Of a DNA stretch of 64,000 nucleotides, positions 45,468 through 55,564 are shown piece after piece. The translations under genes were made by a program, and so were the position numbers. The stretch spans positions 753 to 64,752 of the forward strand of contig CAZDQP010000001.1 of the NCBI GenBank assembly GCA_964507485.1, given 5' to 3'. Every line of letters starts with the position of its first letter. The stretch's first letter is position 1. Below the pieces are notes generated by a model that worked only from the letters and a program-made list of their open reading frames with translations, did no database searches and was not told where the DNA came from. Origin of the DNA: an uncultured Pirellulales bacterium (GTDB lineage: Bacteria > Planctomycetota > Phycisphaerae > Sedimentisphaerales > Anaerobacaceae).

Positions 45468-46358
45468 ATGGCAAATGCACTCGCAAATATAGGACAATTT
45501 GCTTCGAATGTTGGTCAGAATTTTGGTAATGCACTTTCAGGCGTTAGTAAAGTCGCAATGCCTTTTGTAGAAGGATTCGCTTCTGTTGGCAGTCCTAATT
45601 ACAGACAGGCCAAACAATTACAGCAAAGCGAAAAATCACTTAATCTCAATATGGAATCCCAGAGGTTATCCAATATTATCAAGATTATAGGAAATCCTTA
45701 CTTCTCGAAAGAATTAAGAATACAGGCGGCACAAATGCTGAGCCAGTTACCTTCTTTTAAGATGTTGGCGAACGCTACCGGTCGGACAGATTTACTTGCA
45801 GAGGACTATGACTGGGAAAAATGGCTGAATGAAAAAGACACAGGCACACGACGTTCGGTAAGAATGGGACCAGCAGGTCAGATCTTAGGTGGCTATGAGA
45901 CAAGTAATCCTCAAAATAATGCTTTAACTTCAACAATAATTGACCAATATTATCGTATTAAAGGGGAATATGATGATGAGCCTGATAAAAAGTCCCCGGA
46001 AGCTAAAAGAAAATTACAATTACTAAACCAAATCGAAGAAAGAATAGGCGTTGACTTAACAAATGAGTCTAAATCAGAAGAACCCACGATAAAGAAATCG
46101 AAGAAGAAATCTCCTGATGAATTTGCCGAATCTATTCAAAAAAACGTTAATGAAACAGCAAAAACCTTACTGACTATGGGCGCTAAGGCTGGATCACAGG
46201 CGATAGAACAAGAAAAAGCAATGGTAGGTCCACCAGCTTCTTTTGCTGTCCCTACAGAAAAACAATATCCGGAAGTGAAAACCAATGAAGATTATGCAAG
46301 GCTTCCGAGTGGTACTATCTTCATTGACCCTGAAGGAAAATTAAGAAAGAAGCCGTAA
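45468..46358 (+). CDS. hypothetical virion protein
   Basis: 296-aa ORF. Confidence 0.45.
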   Translation: MANALANIGQFASNVGQNFGNALSGVSKVAMPFVEGFASVGSPNYRQAKQLQQSEKSLNLNMESQRLSNIIKIIGNPYFSKELRIQAAQMLSQLPSFKMLANATGRTDLLAEDYDWEKWLNEKDTGTRRSVRMGPAGQILGGYETSNPQNNALTSTIIDQYYRIKGEYDDEPDKKSPEAKRKLQLLNQIEERIGVDLTNESKSEEPTIKKSKKKSPDEFAESIQKNVNETAKTLLTMGAKAGSQAIEQEKAMVGPPASFAVPTEKQYPEVKTNEDYARLPSGTIFIDPEGKLRKKP

Positions 46359-49300
46359 ATGGCAAATTGGCAAGAAGCTACATTACTGGATGAGCCTAAA
46401 AATAAATGGCAGGATGCGCCTTTATTCGAGGAAGAAAAAAGGCCGAAATATGAAGAAGCGGAATTGGTTGGTCCGCCTTTATCTCTTGCACAGCCAGAAG
46501 CTATATTAAGACATCAGATGCCGGAACCACCAGCAGTCGAGGGAATAAAACCTATTTTAGACAGGAATGAACCTATTCCACCTAAATTCAAGTCTGCCGA
46601 ACCTATGAAACTTAATGCCGGTAAACCTTCAGACATAAAATTATCTAAGCCTGAAGACTGGAAATATTTTTCTCCTATCGAGAAGTTTACCTGGTCTATA
46701 GATAACAGTGATATTAATACTGGAATAGAAGACGGATTTGCGAAAATTAAATATATATCTACAAGATTCGGTAAGCAACTCGCAAATTCCTGGGCAAGGG
46801 CAGGTGAAGGAATAATATCCCATCCTTTAAGTCCTATTGGAATTCGACAGGCCGAAATAGACAAATATTTACCACAGGCATGGAAAGAACTCGAAGATTC
46901 CGGATTTAAGGGTTCGGCAAGCGAAAAAGCTATTCTTGCAAGACAACGCGCATCAGAAATAGCTGCGTCAGTCAAAGTGCCTAAATTTCAAGTTAATCCA
47001 AGAGCTAATGCAACGGAATTTCTAACAGATGTATCTGCCGGACTAACAGGATTTATAACTCAATTAGGCTTATTAAGATGGATTATGCCTACCGGAACCC
47101 CTGAACCTGTTATATGGGAGATGCAAAATCAGGCTACAGGCGGCGCGCCAGGAGAAGGTGCCGCTATGCGAATGACTTTAGGACAGATTGGTAGAATTCC
47201 TACTACAAAGTTAAGCGGCAAGGCACTTAAAGTAATGCTCGAATCCGGGCTTTTCGGTGGTTATACATATTTATCTGGCGGTGATTTGGAAGAGGTAGTT
47301 GTTTCAAGCCTGATTCCGGTGGCGTTTAATACTTATAACTTCGCGCAGCAAAAGAGATATATAGCTAAAACTACGGACGAGTGGTATTCGAAGATAAAAG
47401 AAGTAGACCAAAGGCGCGTATCACTTGCAAATAGAAGGTATGATAGAGCTGTATCTAACGCTAAAAAATTAACTTCTTTAGATGCACAGAAAAAAGCTCT
47501 CGATGCCGCTTTAAGGCAGAAAACTCTTGATTTAAGAAATTCCAATCAATTACTTGAATCTGATATGCGCAAACTTGGAAGGGCGTTAGATGTAGCTAAA
47601 AGACAGATTTACAGTGATGACGCCTTTGCACCGGCAAGAGAGAAATGGCTGAATGAACGTCAAAAAGCAATGAAGATGATTGAAAAGGGCGGCAAATCCG
47701 CTGAGGCAGGAAGAAGGGTTCTGGACTTCCTTGAAAGCAAGCAAATCGCGCCTCCCGCGGTTATGCCGAAAGATGTTGTCGGTATTCCTGCTTTTGAAGT
47801 CAGGCTTGCCAATCTTGAGGATTCTATCCGCAAGGCCGCCGGTATTGAAACTGAAAAGCATATATCAACCGGATTTACCGAAGACCCGACAGAGGAAGGC
47901 CCGGCAGTGGGAGAGCCGGGATTTGTTGGAATAGCAGGTCGTCCCGGCGGCAAAGTCAAAAAGCCCTGGTTAAATCTTGAAAGAACTAAATCACCCGATA
48001 ATGACATTGAAGATTTTTTTGGCAGGACAAAGAGACCGCCTTACAAGAAAAAAGTCAGTGGAATACTTGAAAAAATATATGTTGGATTAAGGGAACGTTT
48101 TGAGTTTGCTATGCACATACCCAAAACAAAGGAAAATGCTATTTACATAGATATAATCAGAACTATGCCGGAAGAACGCAGGGCGGCGATAGAAAGAGCC
48201 ATACTTCACATTCTGGCTGTTCTCGACGGTGATGGTACTGTTCAGGCCCTTGATTCAGCCGGTCTCGACCTTTTAAGGCGTAAAGTATTTATTCAGGATT
48301 TGTTATATGAATCAACTATAGACAGGTCTGTTTCGGGAAATCTCGAACACGAAAAACTCGAATTGGAGAATAAAAGGCTTGATGAACTGATAGACAGAAT
48401 TCCGTCAGTAAAAAAAGCACATCAGGCAAGACAAAAACTTTGGAGGTCGGTCAGTGAGGATTTACTTGAAAGAGGGGTTCTTGACGAAAAAGCAGCGAAG
48501 AACCAGGCGTATGTAAGGCACTTTGTACTTGACTTGGCTGAAAAGAACAGGCCTACCGGATTCTTGAGGAAAAAACTATCTGCTCCTTATAGGGGTTATT
48601 CGAAGCGAAGAAAAGGTTCGAAAAGAGATATATCAACAGATTATCTCGAAGTTGAAACTCGTGCTCTTGCAGATATATATGCGGATAATGCCGTGGAAGA
48701 TGCGGCTAATAGAATAGCGGAATTAGCGAACAAAAGAAAGTTGTATGCGCAAAAGGCAAAGGCTGAGAATTTTGAAAACTTGGTAGGGGGTTCGGAAGTC
48801 GTTGAAAGGATTGAAGAACTGCGTTCGCTTATAAGAGAATCAAGAGAGAATCCGGACACAGAACAAAAGAAACTTCGCAAAGCATGGATAGAGGAACTTA
48901 CTGAGATTGACCCGACTTACCCATATCGGAAACGAATCGCTATGAATATGAGCAGGTTCAAAAGTCTTAAATATCTCGGCGGCGATATGGATATACAAGA
49001 AGATTCGGCATTATTCAAAGAATTATCTCGTGCTGCGAAGGAACAAGCCAAAGAGCCTGAAGGATTGGCCGCAAGGGGTATCTTTAAGGCAATGGCCGAA
49101 AAGGAAAAAATGATACATCAGGCACTTGGTGCCGGATATGTAACACCTGAAAAAGCCGCTTTAAGAGAAGGCTATACAGAATGGTTTTATAAAAGACCGA
49201 ATTTATTTTATCGTGCCCAGACTGTTACTCAGGCTCAGATGGCGGCCTTTGTCGAAAACGCTGCCGACGAAGCGGCCAAAATGCTTAATATACCTGTAGA

Positions 49301-50867
49301 AAAACTCCATGAAGCTTTGGTTCTCGGCAGAAGAAAGGGCTGGATTATACCAGACTACCTTGCAAAACAGTTGGATGATTTGCCGGTCAACAAAAGAAGC
49401 GGATATATAATAAGGTCATCCACGAAACCATTCGTCCAATTCTGGAAACGATGGATACTTAGATATCATCCCTTAAGATATAATGCCAGGAATTTAGTGG
49501 GGGATTCTGAAAGATTCTGGGCAAGTGGGCAGGAAAAAGCTTTGGGAGAAATAACACGTGCTGTAAAAATGCTCATTAAAAAGGATGAGTATTATAAGAT
49601 AATGAAGGAATATGGCGTTATCGGTTCCTCATTATGGCATGAGATGAACGATGTTTCAAAATTAAAGGAATTCGAAAGATTCAAAGATTTTTCAAAGCCT
49701 AAAAATTTCAAAACTGCGACTAAAAGAGCATTTCTTGGGCCGTTAAAACTTGTTTCAAGGACGGGAAGCTCAATACAGGATTTGACTCAGTTCAGGGAGG
49801 ATATATTACGTGCTGCTGTTTTTATTTATAATTATGAACAGTTACAAAAAGGTAATAAAGTAAGACATTGGGCTGGCAAAATAGCAGAGATAGAGGAAAT
49901 CGCCAAGATTAACAAGGCGAGAGCTGCCGCTAAAATATCAAGAGAAACGCTCGGTGACTATGGCAAATTTACTCCCTTTGAAAATGATGTGCTGCGTCAG
50001 GGTATAATGCCATTTTATTCTTGGTTCAAAATCAATACATTGTTCTGGCCGCACGTTGTTCTTGAGGCGTCCAAGGCTGAGGGAATCAGTGGTACGGGTA
50101 AAAGGGGAATTAAAGTCGCAGCTATTGCAGCACCGAGAGTGGCAGTAAATCTTACAAGATGGCTTGTAAGAACTCTATTTGTATATGCAGCTATGTATTG
50201 GTGGAATCACCGGGACGAAGAAGCAGAGAATAAAGAAGCCTCATTACCGTTCTGGCTGAGGTCAATGCCTCATGTAAATGTCAATGATTATACTTTATGG
50301 GGACAAACGGCGCTAAGCGATTTTACTGAATGGCTTGATATGAAAAGGCTTGCAGGTGTCCAATGGCGCAGAGATGCCGGATTTCTTGACTGGAAAGAGG
50401 CTGCTTTGGAAGCATCAAGAATAATTGCGGAATCGCCTGTAAATAAAGTATATCAGACATTCAATCCCTTTATGAAGGCGCCCATAACTGCCATTACCGG
50501 CATGGAAACTTATCCGAGTGTATTCCGGCCAAGACAAGTCGCCCCAGAGGCAAGTCAAAAATCTCTTGAACGTGCTATGCTTGGAATTATGGGTTCTGAT
50601 GCAAAAAGGTTCCACCAAAGTCTTACAGGAAAAAGAGCTTTTGAAGATACTTTATATGCTTATTTCGCCGGTTGGTTTGCAAGGCCTTCCGATGTTGATA
50701 CTTTTATTAATGATGTTAAAAAGACAAAAGAATGGACTACGCTGAAACGCAGTTCTAAATCTACAGGTCGATGGCCGGGAGAGGCGAAAAAGGGAAAGGA
50801 GGAAGAATATCAGGAAGCGAAAATAAGAACCGAAGCATTGAAGAAACGTGTTTTGATAGAAAAATAA
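46359..50867 (+). CDS. very large (1502 aa) virion-associated protein (internal/ejection type?)
   Basis: Longest ORF in the window, helical and basic. No enzymatic motif recognised. Confidence 0.55.
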   Translation: MANWQEATLLDEPKNKWQDAPLFEEEKRPKYEEAELVGPPLSLAQPEAILRHQMPEPPAVEGIKPILDRNEPIPPKFKSAEPMKLNAGKPSDIKLSKPEDWKYFSPIEKFTWSIDNSDINTGIEDGFAKIKYISTRFGKQLANSWARAGEGIISHPLSPIGIRQAEIDKYLPQAWKELEDSGFKGSASEKAILARQRASEIAASVKVPKFQVNPRANATEFLTDVSAGLTGFITQLGLLRWIMPTGTPEPVIWEMQNQATGGAPGEGAAMRMTLGQIGRIPTTKLSGKALKVMLESGLFGGYTYLSGGDLEEVVVSSLIPVAFNTYNFAQQKRYIAKTTDEWYSKIKEVDQRRVSLANRRYDRAVSNAKKLTSLDAQKKALDAALRQKTLDLRNSNQLLESDMRKLGRALDVAKRQIYSDDAFAPAREKWLNERQKAMKMIEKGGKSAEAGRRVLDFLESKQIAPPAVMPKDVVGIPAFEVRLANLEDSIRKAAGIETEKHISTGFTEDPTEEGPAVGEPGFVGIAGRPGGKVKKPWLNLERTKSPDNDIEDFFGRTKRPPYKKKVSGILEKIYVGLRERFEFAMHIPKTKENAIYIDIIRTMPEERRAAIERAILHILAVLDGDGTVQALDSAGLDLLRRKVFIQDLLYESTIDRSVSGNLEHEKLELENKRLDELIDRIPSVKKAHQARQKLWRSVSEDLLERGVLDEKAAKNQAYVRHFVLDLAEKNRPTGFLRKKLSAPYRGYSKRRKGSKRDISTDYLEVETRALADIYADNAVEDAANRIAELANKRKLYAQKAKAENFENLVGGSEVVERIEELRSLIRESRENPDTEQKKLRKAWIEELTEIDPTYPYRKRIAMNMSRFKSLKYLGGDMDIQEDSALFKELSRAAKEQAKEPEGLAARGIFKAMAEKEKMIHQALGAGYVTPEKAALREGYTEWFYKRPNLFYRAQTVTQAQMAAFVENAADEAAKMLNIPVEKLHEALVLGRRKGWIIPDYLAKQLDDLPVNKRSGYIIRSSTKPFVQFWKRWILRYHPLRYNARNLVGDSERFWASGQEKALGEITRAVKMLIKKDEYYKIMKEYGVIGSSLWHEMNDVSKLKEFERFKDFSKPKNFKTATKRAFLGPLKLVSRTGSSIQDLTQFREDILRAAVFIYNYEQLQKGNKVRHWAGKIAEIEEIAKINKARAAAKISRETLGDYGKFTPFENDVLRQGIMPFYSWFKINTLFWPHVVLEASKAEGISGTGKRGIKVAAIAAPRVAVNLTRWLVRTLFVYAAMYWWNHRDEEAENKEASLPFWLRSMPHVNVNDYTLWGQTALSDFTEWLDMKRLAGVQWRRDAGFLDWKEAALEASRIIAESPVNKVYQTFNPFMKAPITAITGMETYPSVFRPRQVAPEASQKSLERAMLGIMGSDAKRFHQSLTGKRAFEDTLYAYFAGWFARPSDVDTFINDVKKTKEWTTLKRSSKSTGRWPGEAKKGKEEEYQEAKIRTEALKKRVLIEK

Positions 50868-50879
50868 AAGGGAAATGTG

Positions 50880-51161
50880 ATGAGTGAAGTAACGAAAGAA
50901 GATATAGCAGCAGTGCATAGTCGTATTGATGAGATAGTAACTTGTAATACGGCCATCCAGGTCAGTATCGGTAAGATTCAGCAGAGGTTCGAGGACTTAA
51001 CTATCCCGAAACAGCCATGCTCAGAGCTTAGAAATCATATCAAAGACCACAAGGAGAATGTGCGTATCTGGCAAAGGCCGATAGTGCATACGATTGTAGA
51101 TTTGGTCAAGTTGGGCATTGTGGCTTTCTTGACTTATGTATTTGTGAAAAGGGAAATGTGA
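50880..51161 (+). CDS. small protein with C-terminal TM helix
   Basis: LVKLGIVAFLTYVFV. Confidence 0.4.
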   Translation: MSEVTKEDIAAVHSRIDEIVTCNTAIQVSIGKIQQRFEDLTIPKQPCSELRNHIKDHKENVRIWQRPIVHTIVDLVKLGIVAFLTYVFVKREM

Positions 51162-51165
51162 AATC

Positions 51166-51369
51166 ATGGATGATAATGAAGATGCTAATGAAAATATTAA
51201 TCATGTAAATCGCGTAGAAGGTCTTATGTCTGAGGCGTGGAAGCATTTAAACGATTTAGTGCCTAATTTTCCGAGACAGACTGTTGCAAAGGCACAGGCG
51301 ATTGAAGAAGTTGATTTATTTATCAAAACTACTTTAAGTGATTTAAGAATTGTATTTGAAGGAGATTAA
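51166..51369 (+). CDS. hypothetical acidic protein
   Basis: 67-aa ORF. Confidence 0.35.
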   Translation: MDDNEDANENINHVNRVEGLMSEAWKHLNDLVPNFPRQTVAKAQAIEEVDLFIKTTLSDLRIVFEGD

Positions 51370-51370
51370 T

Positions 51371-51580
51371 ATGAACATTAAAAAGAATCTTAAGAGCGTT
51401 AACACGACAATAGCAGGTATAATCGCCGGGCTTATGATTATCCTGCCCCAATTGGCAAATCTTTTTGACGGAGACCCCGAAACAACCTTGTCTGAAACAA
51501 TATTGATATCAGGCATTGCTATTATGTTCGGCGGATTCGCCGCTAAGGACGGCGATAAATCAACAGAAGATGTAAGTTAA
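51371..51580 (+). CDS. two-TM small membrane protein (holin-like)
   Basis: TTIAGIIAGLMIILPQ and ILISGIAIMFGGFAA. Confidence 0.4.
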   Translation: MNIKKNLKSVNTTIAGIIAGLMIILPQLANLFDGDPETTLSETILISGIAIMFGGFAAKDGDKSTEDVS

Positions 51581-51591
51581 GGAGAAAAATA

Positions 51592-51924
51592 ATGAAAAGA
51601 AAAACAACATTGCTAACACTTAGCCTGTTAGTTTTGGGTTGTGCGACAATTCCACCAATGACGCCTAAAGAGCATTTTCAGGCAACACAGAAAGCTTTCT
51701 TGGCTACTATCCAGACGCTTAAAATATTAAAAGATGCGGATAAGTTTACTGGGGCAGAAGTAATAAGAATTGGAAATCTCATACGAGCCGGAGACAGAGC
51801 TATGGATTTATGGTATGAGGCTTTACAGGAAGGTCAAACAAATATTAACGCGATAGACGCCCTTGAAGCTATCCTCGAAGAACTTATTGCATATCAAAAG
51901 AAAGGAGAGGGAAATGTCGAATGA
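51592..51924 (+). CDS. lipoprotein (spanin-like?)
   Basis: Lipobox LLVLGC after a signal sequence. Confidence 0.45.
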   Translation: MKRKTTLLTLSLLVLGCATIPPMTPKEHFQATQKAFLATIQTLKILKDADKFTGAEVIRIGNLIRAGDRAMDLWYEALQEGQTNINAIDALEAILEELIAYQKKGEGNVE

Positions 51925-52051
51925 TGCACAATTAATCATGGAACTTTTACTCGTAATCCTGAAAGCTTTAAGAGAATCTGGTATAGTTATAGACGAACAA
52001 ATCGCAAAGACTCGACAGGAAATCAAAGACGAAATTGCTAAATGGGATTAA
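51914..52051 (+). CDS. small ORF
   Basis: AAAGGAGAGGG RBS before the ATG at 51914. Confidence 0.3.
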   Translation: MSNDAQLIMELLLVILKALRESGIVIDEQIAKTRQEIKDEIAKWD

Positions 52052-52052
52052 G

Positions 52053-52757
52053 TTAATCTGAATGACTGCACCACGACATTAAAGATACTCCACCAAGAGT
52101 CTCAACCATTAATTTCGACCAAATGCTGAATAATCCCTTACGAAAAGGATAGGCTAACACGCTTAAGGGCGTTCGATGAAATTTGATATCAAGCTCGAAC
52201 TCAGGCGTATAAACCCATTTATTAATAGTCAATTCAGCATCTTTCAGTAATTTCAAGGCTGTTCTGGTATTAAAAAAATGCAGATGTCCGACCGGACTGT
52301 TTTTCGGATCTGTTTTGCCTCTTAGCTTTCCCATTAAATGCCCCTCAATCGGAAGATTGATAATAAACTCACGCAAGCCCTTCTGGTAAAGCTTAAGCAG
52401 GAAATCAACCGGATTTTCAAGGTGTTCGAGAATATCAATCAGTAAACATAAATCATAATCAAGTTTTTCCATTTCCAGAATATCACAGCATTCATATAGG
52501 ATATTATCGGGTGCGTTTTCCTGGGCGCGTTCTATCGCCAAAGAGGAAATGTCGTATCCGGCCATTGAACATTTTTCCGATAATATATCATTCAATGCTA
52601 TCAATACACCACCTACTCCGCAGCCTATATCGCATATCTTCATAGGCTCTTTAAAGTCAAATACCCTACACATTTGCTGGACTTTCCAAGGCGAATCCTC
52701 CTTGTGCCATGTCGGTCTTTTCTCCGTATAAAGGCCGCTTACGTATAACTCTCGCAT
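52053..52757 (-). CDS. class I SAM-dependent methyltransferase
   Basis: Motif I ICDIGCGVGG. 234 aa on the opposite strand. Confidence 0.7.
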   Translation of the reverse strand: MRELYVSGLYTEKRPTWHKEDSPWKVQQMCRVFDFKEPMKICDIGCGVGGVLIALNDILSEKCSMAGYDISSLAIERAQENAPDNILYECCDILEMEKLDYDLCLLIDILEHLENPVDFLLKLYQKGLREFIINLPIEGHLMGKLRGKTDPKNSPVGHLHFFNTRTALKLLKDAELTINKWVYTPEFELDIKFHRTPLSVLAYPFRKGLFSIWSKLMVETLGGVSLMSWCSHSD

Positions 52758-52768
52758 TTTCCCTCCTT

Positions 52769-52957
52769 CTATTCTTCTTTATGCAATACAACCAGATGTA
52801 AGACTTTTTTCGAGAAATTATCATTTATTTCATCGTCGATTTCAGGGAAATACTTTTTTAATAATCGGTCTGTTATTATCATTGATATCAAATAAGGTAA
52901 CGCTGGTATTAACAAAATAATATTAATCAATGCCATTATTCGTATTATTATCTTCAT
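52769..52957 (-). CDS. small membrane protein
   Basis: GGAGAG RBS before the ATG at 52957. IMALINIILLIPALPYLISMII. Confidence 0.4.
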   Translation of the reverse strand: MKIIIRIMALINIILLIPALPYLISMIITDRLLKKYFPEIDDEINDNFSKKVLHLVVLHKEE

Positions 52958-53000
52958 TTTCTCTCCTATCACTTAAAGCGATTCCGCTTAAATCTCAGTC

Positions 53001-53055
53001 GCGCCCGGGCACAAGGAACCCTTTTTCAAGGGAAGGGAAATGTGGTCCCGGGCGC
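53001..53055. repeat. GC-rich hairpin, copy 1
   Basis: GCGCCCGGG (53001-53009) pairs with CCCGGGCGC (53047-53055). The same 9-mers recur at 55914/55945. Confidence 0.7.
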
Positions 53056-53297
53056 TTAGTAGCACACTACGGATTAGCGATATTAAGAGTGTGCCTGCTT
53101 ACCTATTTTACTTTTTAAAGAAACTTTTCATTATTTTATTGACAAAATCTTATAATATTATTTATGATACCCGTTGGAAAAGCCTTGATGAAAACAACAA
53201 AGCAAGTAGCGGAAACCATTGGGGCTGTGTCGTATTTTCTGCGGGGTTTTAATCATGGAAGCCGAGCCTACCTTATTGTTTAAAAAAAAGGACATTA

Positions 53298-53549
53298 TCA
53301 ACGTTTCTTACCGCCTTTCTTTGGCTGTGGCGGCACTGACAGTTTCTTTATTATGCCGAGAATTTCCTCACGCAATTCAGTGTCGTCCGAAATCAGGGCA
53401 AGCTGTAAAATACGGGGCAGAGCGTTAAATATATCCACAGCAGCCTCGTAAACCCTATACTTTTTCGTATTAAGCATATCAGTTAAATCCGATACGATTT
53501 CTTTGTGTTTCTCTCCAATTCTGCTACCGATAGTTACTTTTTCGTCCAT
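53298..53549 (-). CDS. small putative DNA-binding regulator (RHH-like?)
   Basis: 83 aa, divergent from the Rsr operon promoter, with a basic tail. Confidence 0.35.
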   Translation of the reverse strand: MDEKVTIGSRIGEKHKEIVSDLTDMLNTKKYRVYEAAVDIFNALPRILQLALISDDTELREEILGIIKKLSVPPQPKKGGKKR

Positions 53550-53683
53550 TTCAATCCTCTTATCATATTATTGTTCTTGATAACGTTCCTTCTATATCTC
53601 TTTATATTACATAGGCTTACATGAAGTAAAGAATTATTATGTACTATTTTGGTATAGCAGAGTAAGATTTTTCAAAAAAAATA

Positions 53684-53711
53684 TTGACAATGTAATATTT
53701 TGTTTTATAAT
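53684..53711 (+). promoter_or_regulatory. consensus sigma70 promoter
   Basis: TTGACA, 16-nt spacer, TATAAT. Confidence 0.65.
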
Positions 53712-53764
53712 GTAAGAAGAAAATGACGATAAATAAATAATGGAGATATGAGTAAGGTTCACGG

Positions 53765-53992
53765 ATGGCGAAAAAGAAAGAACAAAAAAAAGTGAAAAGG
53801 ACAGCAAAGGTAGTAATGCTTAATTCAGACAGGGCACTTGACAGAGAAGCAGTAAAACATTTGGCGGCATTGCGTGATGCTGTGCCTGGATTATCTGAAT
53901 TAACAGATACAATGCGTTGGTTGTGCGAGAATGAAGTTCCTCTAATTATTGAGAAATATCAGAAAATGACCAAGGGATTGAAGGCAAGCTAA
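53765..53992 (+). CDS. hypothetical small basic protein
   Basis: 75 aa, first gene after the promoter. Confidence 0.45.
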   Translation: MAKKKEQKKVKRTAKVVMLNSDRALDREAVKHLAALRDAVPGLSELTDTMRWLCENEVPLIIEKYQKMTKGLKAS

Positions 53993-54020
53993 GGCAGGGC
54001 GGCTAAATTAAGGAGAATAA

Positions 54021-55328
54021 ATGGCAAGCATAAATACTAAAACAAGAGCACCGAAAACACATGAAGGAGCTATTGCTGCTCATATAAATTCAGAACAGCA
54101 ATTAAGACGTTCTGTAATGGCTTGTATGCTTTGGGAAGATCAATTCTATGAGGATGGTGTATCTATTGCGGATAGAATTGCACATTTAATATCTCTGATA
54201 GATAGCAGGATAGTATCTGAAATAGCTGCCGAGGCAAGGCATAAAATGAAGTTACGTCATGTTCCTCTGCTATTGGCTGTAGAATTAGCGAGAAAAGGCA
54301 AATTGAAAGCTAATATACTTGATGAAATTATACAACGCCCTGACGAACTAACAGAATTTCTTGCTATTTACTGGAGAAAAGGCCGTTGTCCTTTATCAAA
54401 ACAAGTCAAGCTCGGATTGGCTCAGGCATTTCCTAAATTCGATGCTTATCAGCTTGGCAAATACAACCGTGATAAGGCAATAAAATTAAAAGATGTATTA
54501 TTTCTTTGTCATGCGAAACCAAAAGATAATGAGCAAGCCGGAGTGTGGAAAAAACTAATAGATGGCAGTCTTGAGTCTCCTGATACATGGGAAGTCAATC
54601 TATCTTCCGGCAAGGACAAAAAGCAGACATGGACTAAATTACTTGCTGAAAACAAACTTGGTGGAATGGCATTACTTAGAAATCTTCGGAATATGGCTGA
54701 TGTGAATGTTGATGAAAAATTAATAATTCAAGGTCTTGCAAATATGAATGTTTCCCGAATATTACCGTTCAGATTTATCGCTGCTGCTCGGTATGCTCCG
54801 CAATGGGAAAGTCATATAGAAAAGGCCATGTTTAAATCATTATCCGAAGCTCAAAAATTCAAAGGCAAAACTATTCTTTTGCTTGATGTGTCAGGCTCGA
54901 TGGATTGGGATAGATTGTCAGGCAAATCAGATATGAGAAGACTTGATGCTGCCTGTGGTGTCGGTATCTGCGCAAGAGATATGTGCGAGCAGATAGCAGT
55001 TTATACCTTCAGTAATGAATGTGTAAGAGTGCCTGATAGACGTGGTTTTGCTCTGAGAGATGCAATAACGAATAGTCAGCAACATGGTGGAACCTATCTT
55101 GCCGGTGCAATAGATACAATTAATCGAAAAGAAACTTACGATAGAATTATTGTTGTTACCGATGAACAAAGCCATGACTCTATAAAGAATCCAAATGGTA
55201 GAGGATATGTCATAAATGTAGCCTCTTATCAAAATGGCGTTGGTTATGGTAAATGGTTGCACATAGATGGATGGAGTGAATCTGTCCTAAAATATATTCA
55301 AGAATACGAATGTTCTTTTGAAAATTAA
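54021..55328 (+). CDS. rsr: Ro60-related protein (TROVE + vWA domains)
   Basis: LRRSVMACMLWEDQFYEDG in a TROVE-like N-terminal region, and a C-terminal vWA with LLLDVSGSMDW. Followed by Y-RNA-like genes. Confidence 0.8.
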   Translation: MASINTKTRAPKTHEGAIAAHINSEQQLRRSVMACMLWEDQFYEDGVSIADRIAHLISLIDSRIVSEIAAEARHKMKLRHVPLLLAVELARKGKLKANILDEIIQRPDELTEFLAIYWRKGRCPLSKQVKLGLAQAFPKFDAYQLGKYNRDKAIKLKDVLFLCHAKPKDNEQAGVWKKLIDGSLESPDTWEVNLSSGKDKKQTWTKLLAENKLGGMALLRNLRNMADVNVDEKLIIQGLANMNVSRILPFRFIAAARYAPQWESHIEKAMFKSLSEAQKFKGKTILLLDVSGSMDWDRLSGKSDMRRLDAACGVGICARDMCEQIAVYTFSNECVRVPDRRGFALRDAITNSQQHGGTYLAGAIDTINRKETYDRIIVVTDEQSHDSIKNPNGRGYVINVASYQNGVGYGKWLHIDGWSESVLKYIQEYECSFEN

Positions 55329-55336
55329 AAGCGAAT

Positions 55337-55478
55337 AAAGCAAGTGGCGTAGATTACAGCTACTTCGCTTTGGGAGCCGGATGTCACAGGTTCGAGTCCT
55401 GTCTCTGTCCCGAATGGACAGAGTAGCTCAGTTGGTAGAGCGCCGTTAACGTACTGTTATCGCCTGTTCCCTTGCTTT
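55337..55478 (+). ncRNA. yrlA: YrlA-like Y RNA with tRNA-like domain
   Basis: Closing helix AAAGCAAG/CTTGCTTT. Internal T-arm (ACAGG TTCGAGT CCTGT), an acceptor stem capped by a CGAAT loop, and TA plus D-arm GCTC AGTTGGTA GAGC. Confidence 0.7.
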
Positions 55479-55489
55479 GTTCATAAAAT

Positions 55490-55557
55490 TGCAGGTGGCG
55501 AAGATGGGAGTTACTTCGCTTAAAACGACCAATACTCTTATCGCTTGTTCCCCTGCA
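55490..55557 (+). ncRNA. short Y-RNA-like paralog (YrlB-like)
   Basis: Closing helix TGCAGG/CCTGCA, hairpin GGCGAAG/CTTCGCT, and conserved box TTATCGCTTGTTCC. Confidence 0.5.
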
Positions 55558-55564
55558 TTAAACT

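Noticed and set aside
55416-55445. Apparent 5' half of a canonical tRNA (GGACAGAG TA GCTCAGTTGGTAGAGC)
   Set aside because: There is no anticodon arm and no downstream T-arm. The matching T-arm and acceptor 3' strand lie upstream. It is interpreted as a permuted tRNA-like domain of a Y RNA, not a tRNA gene.
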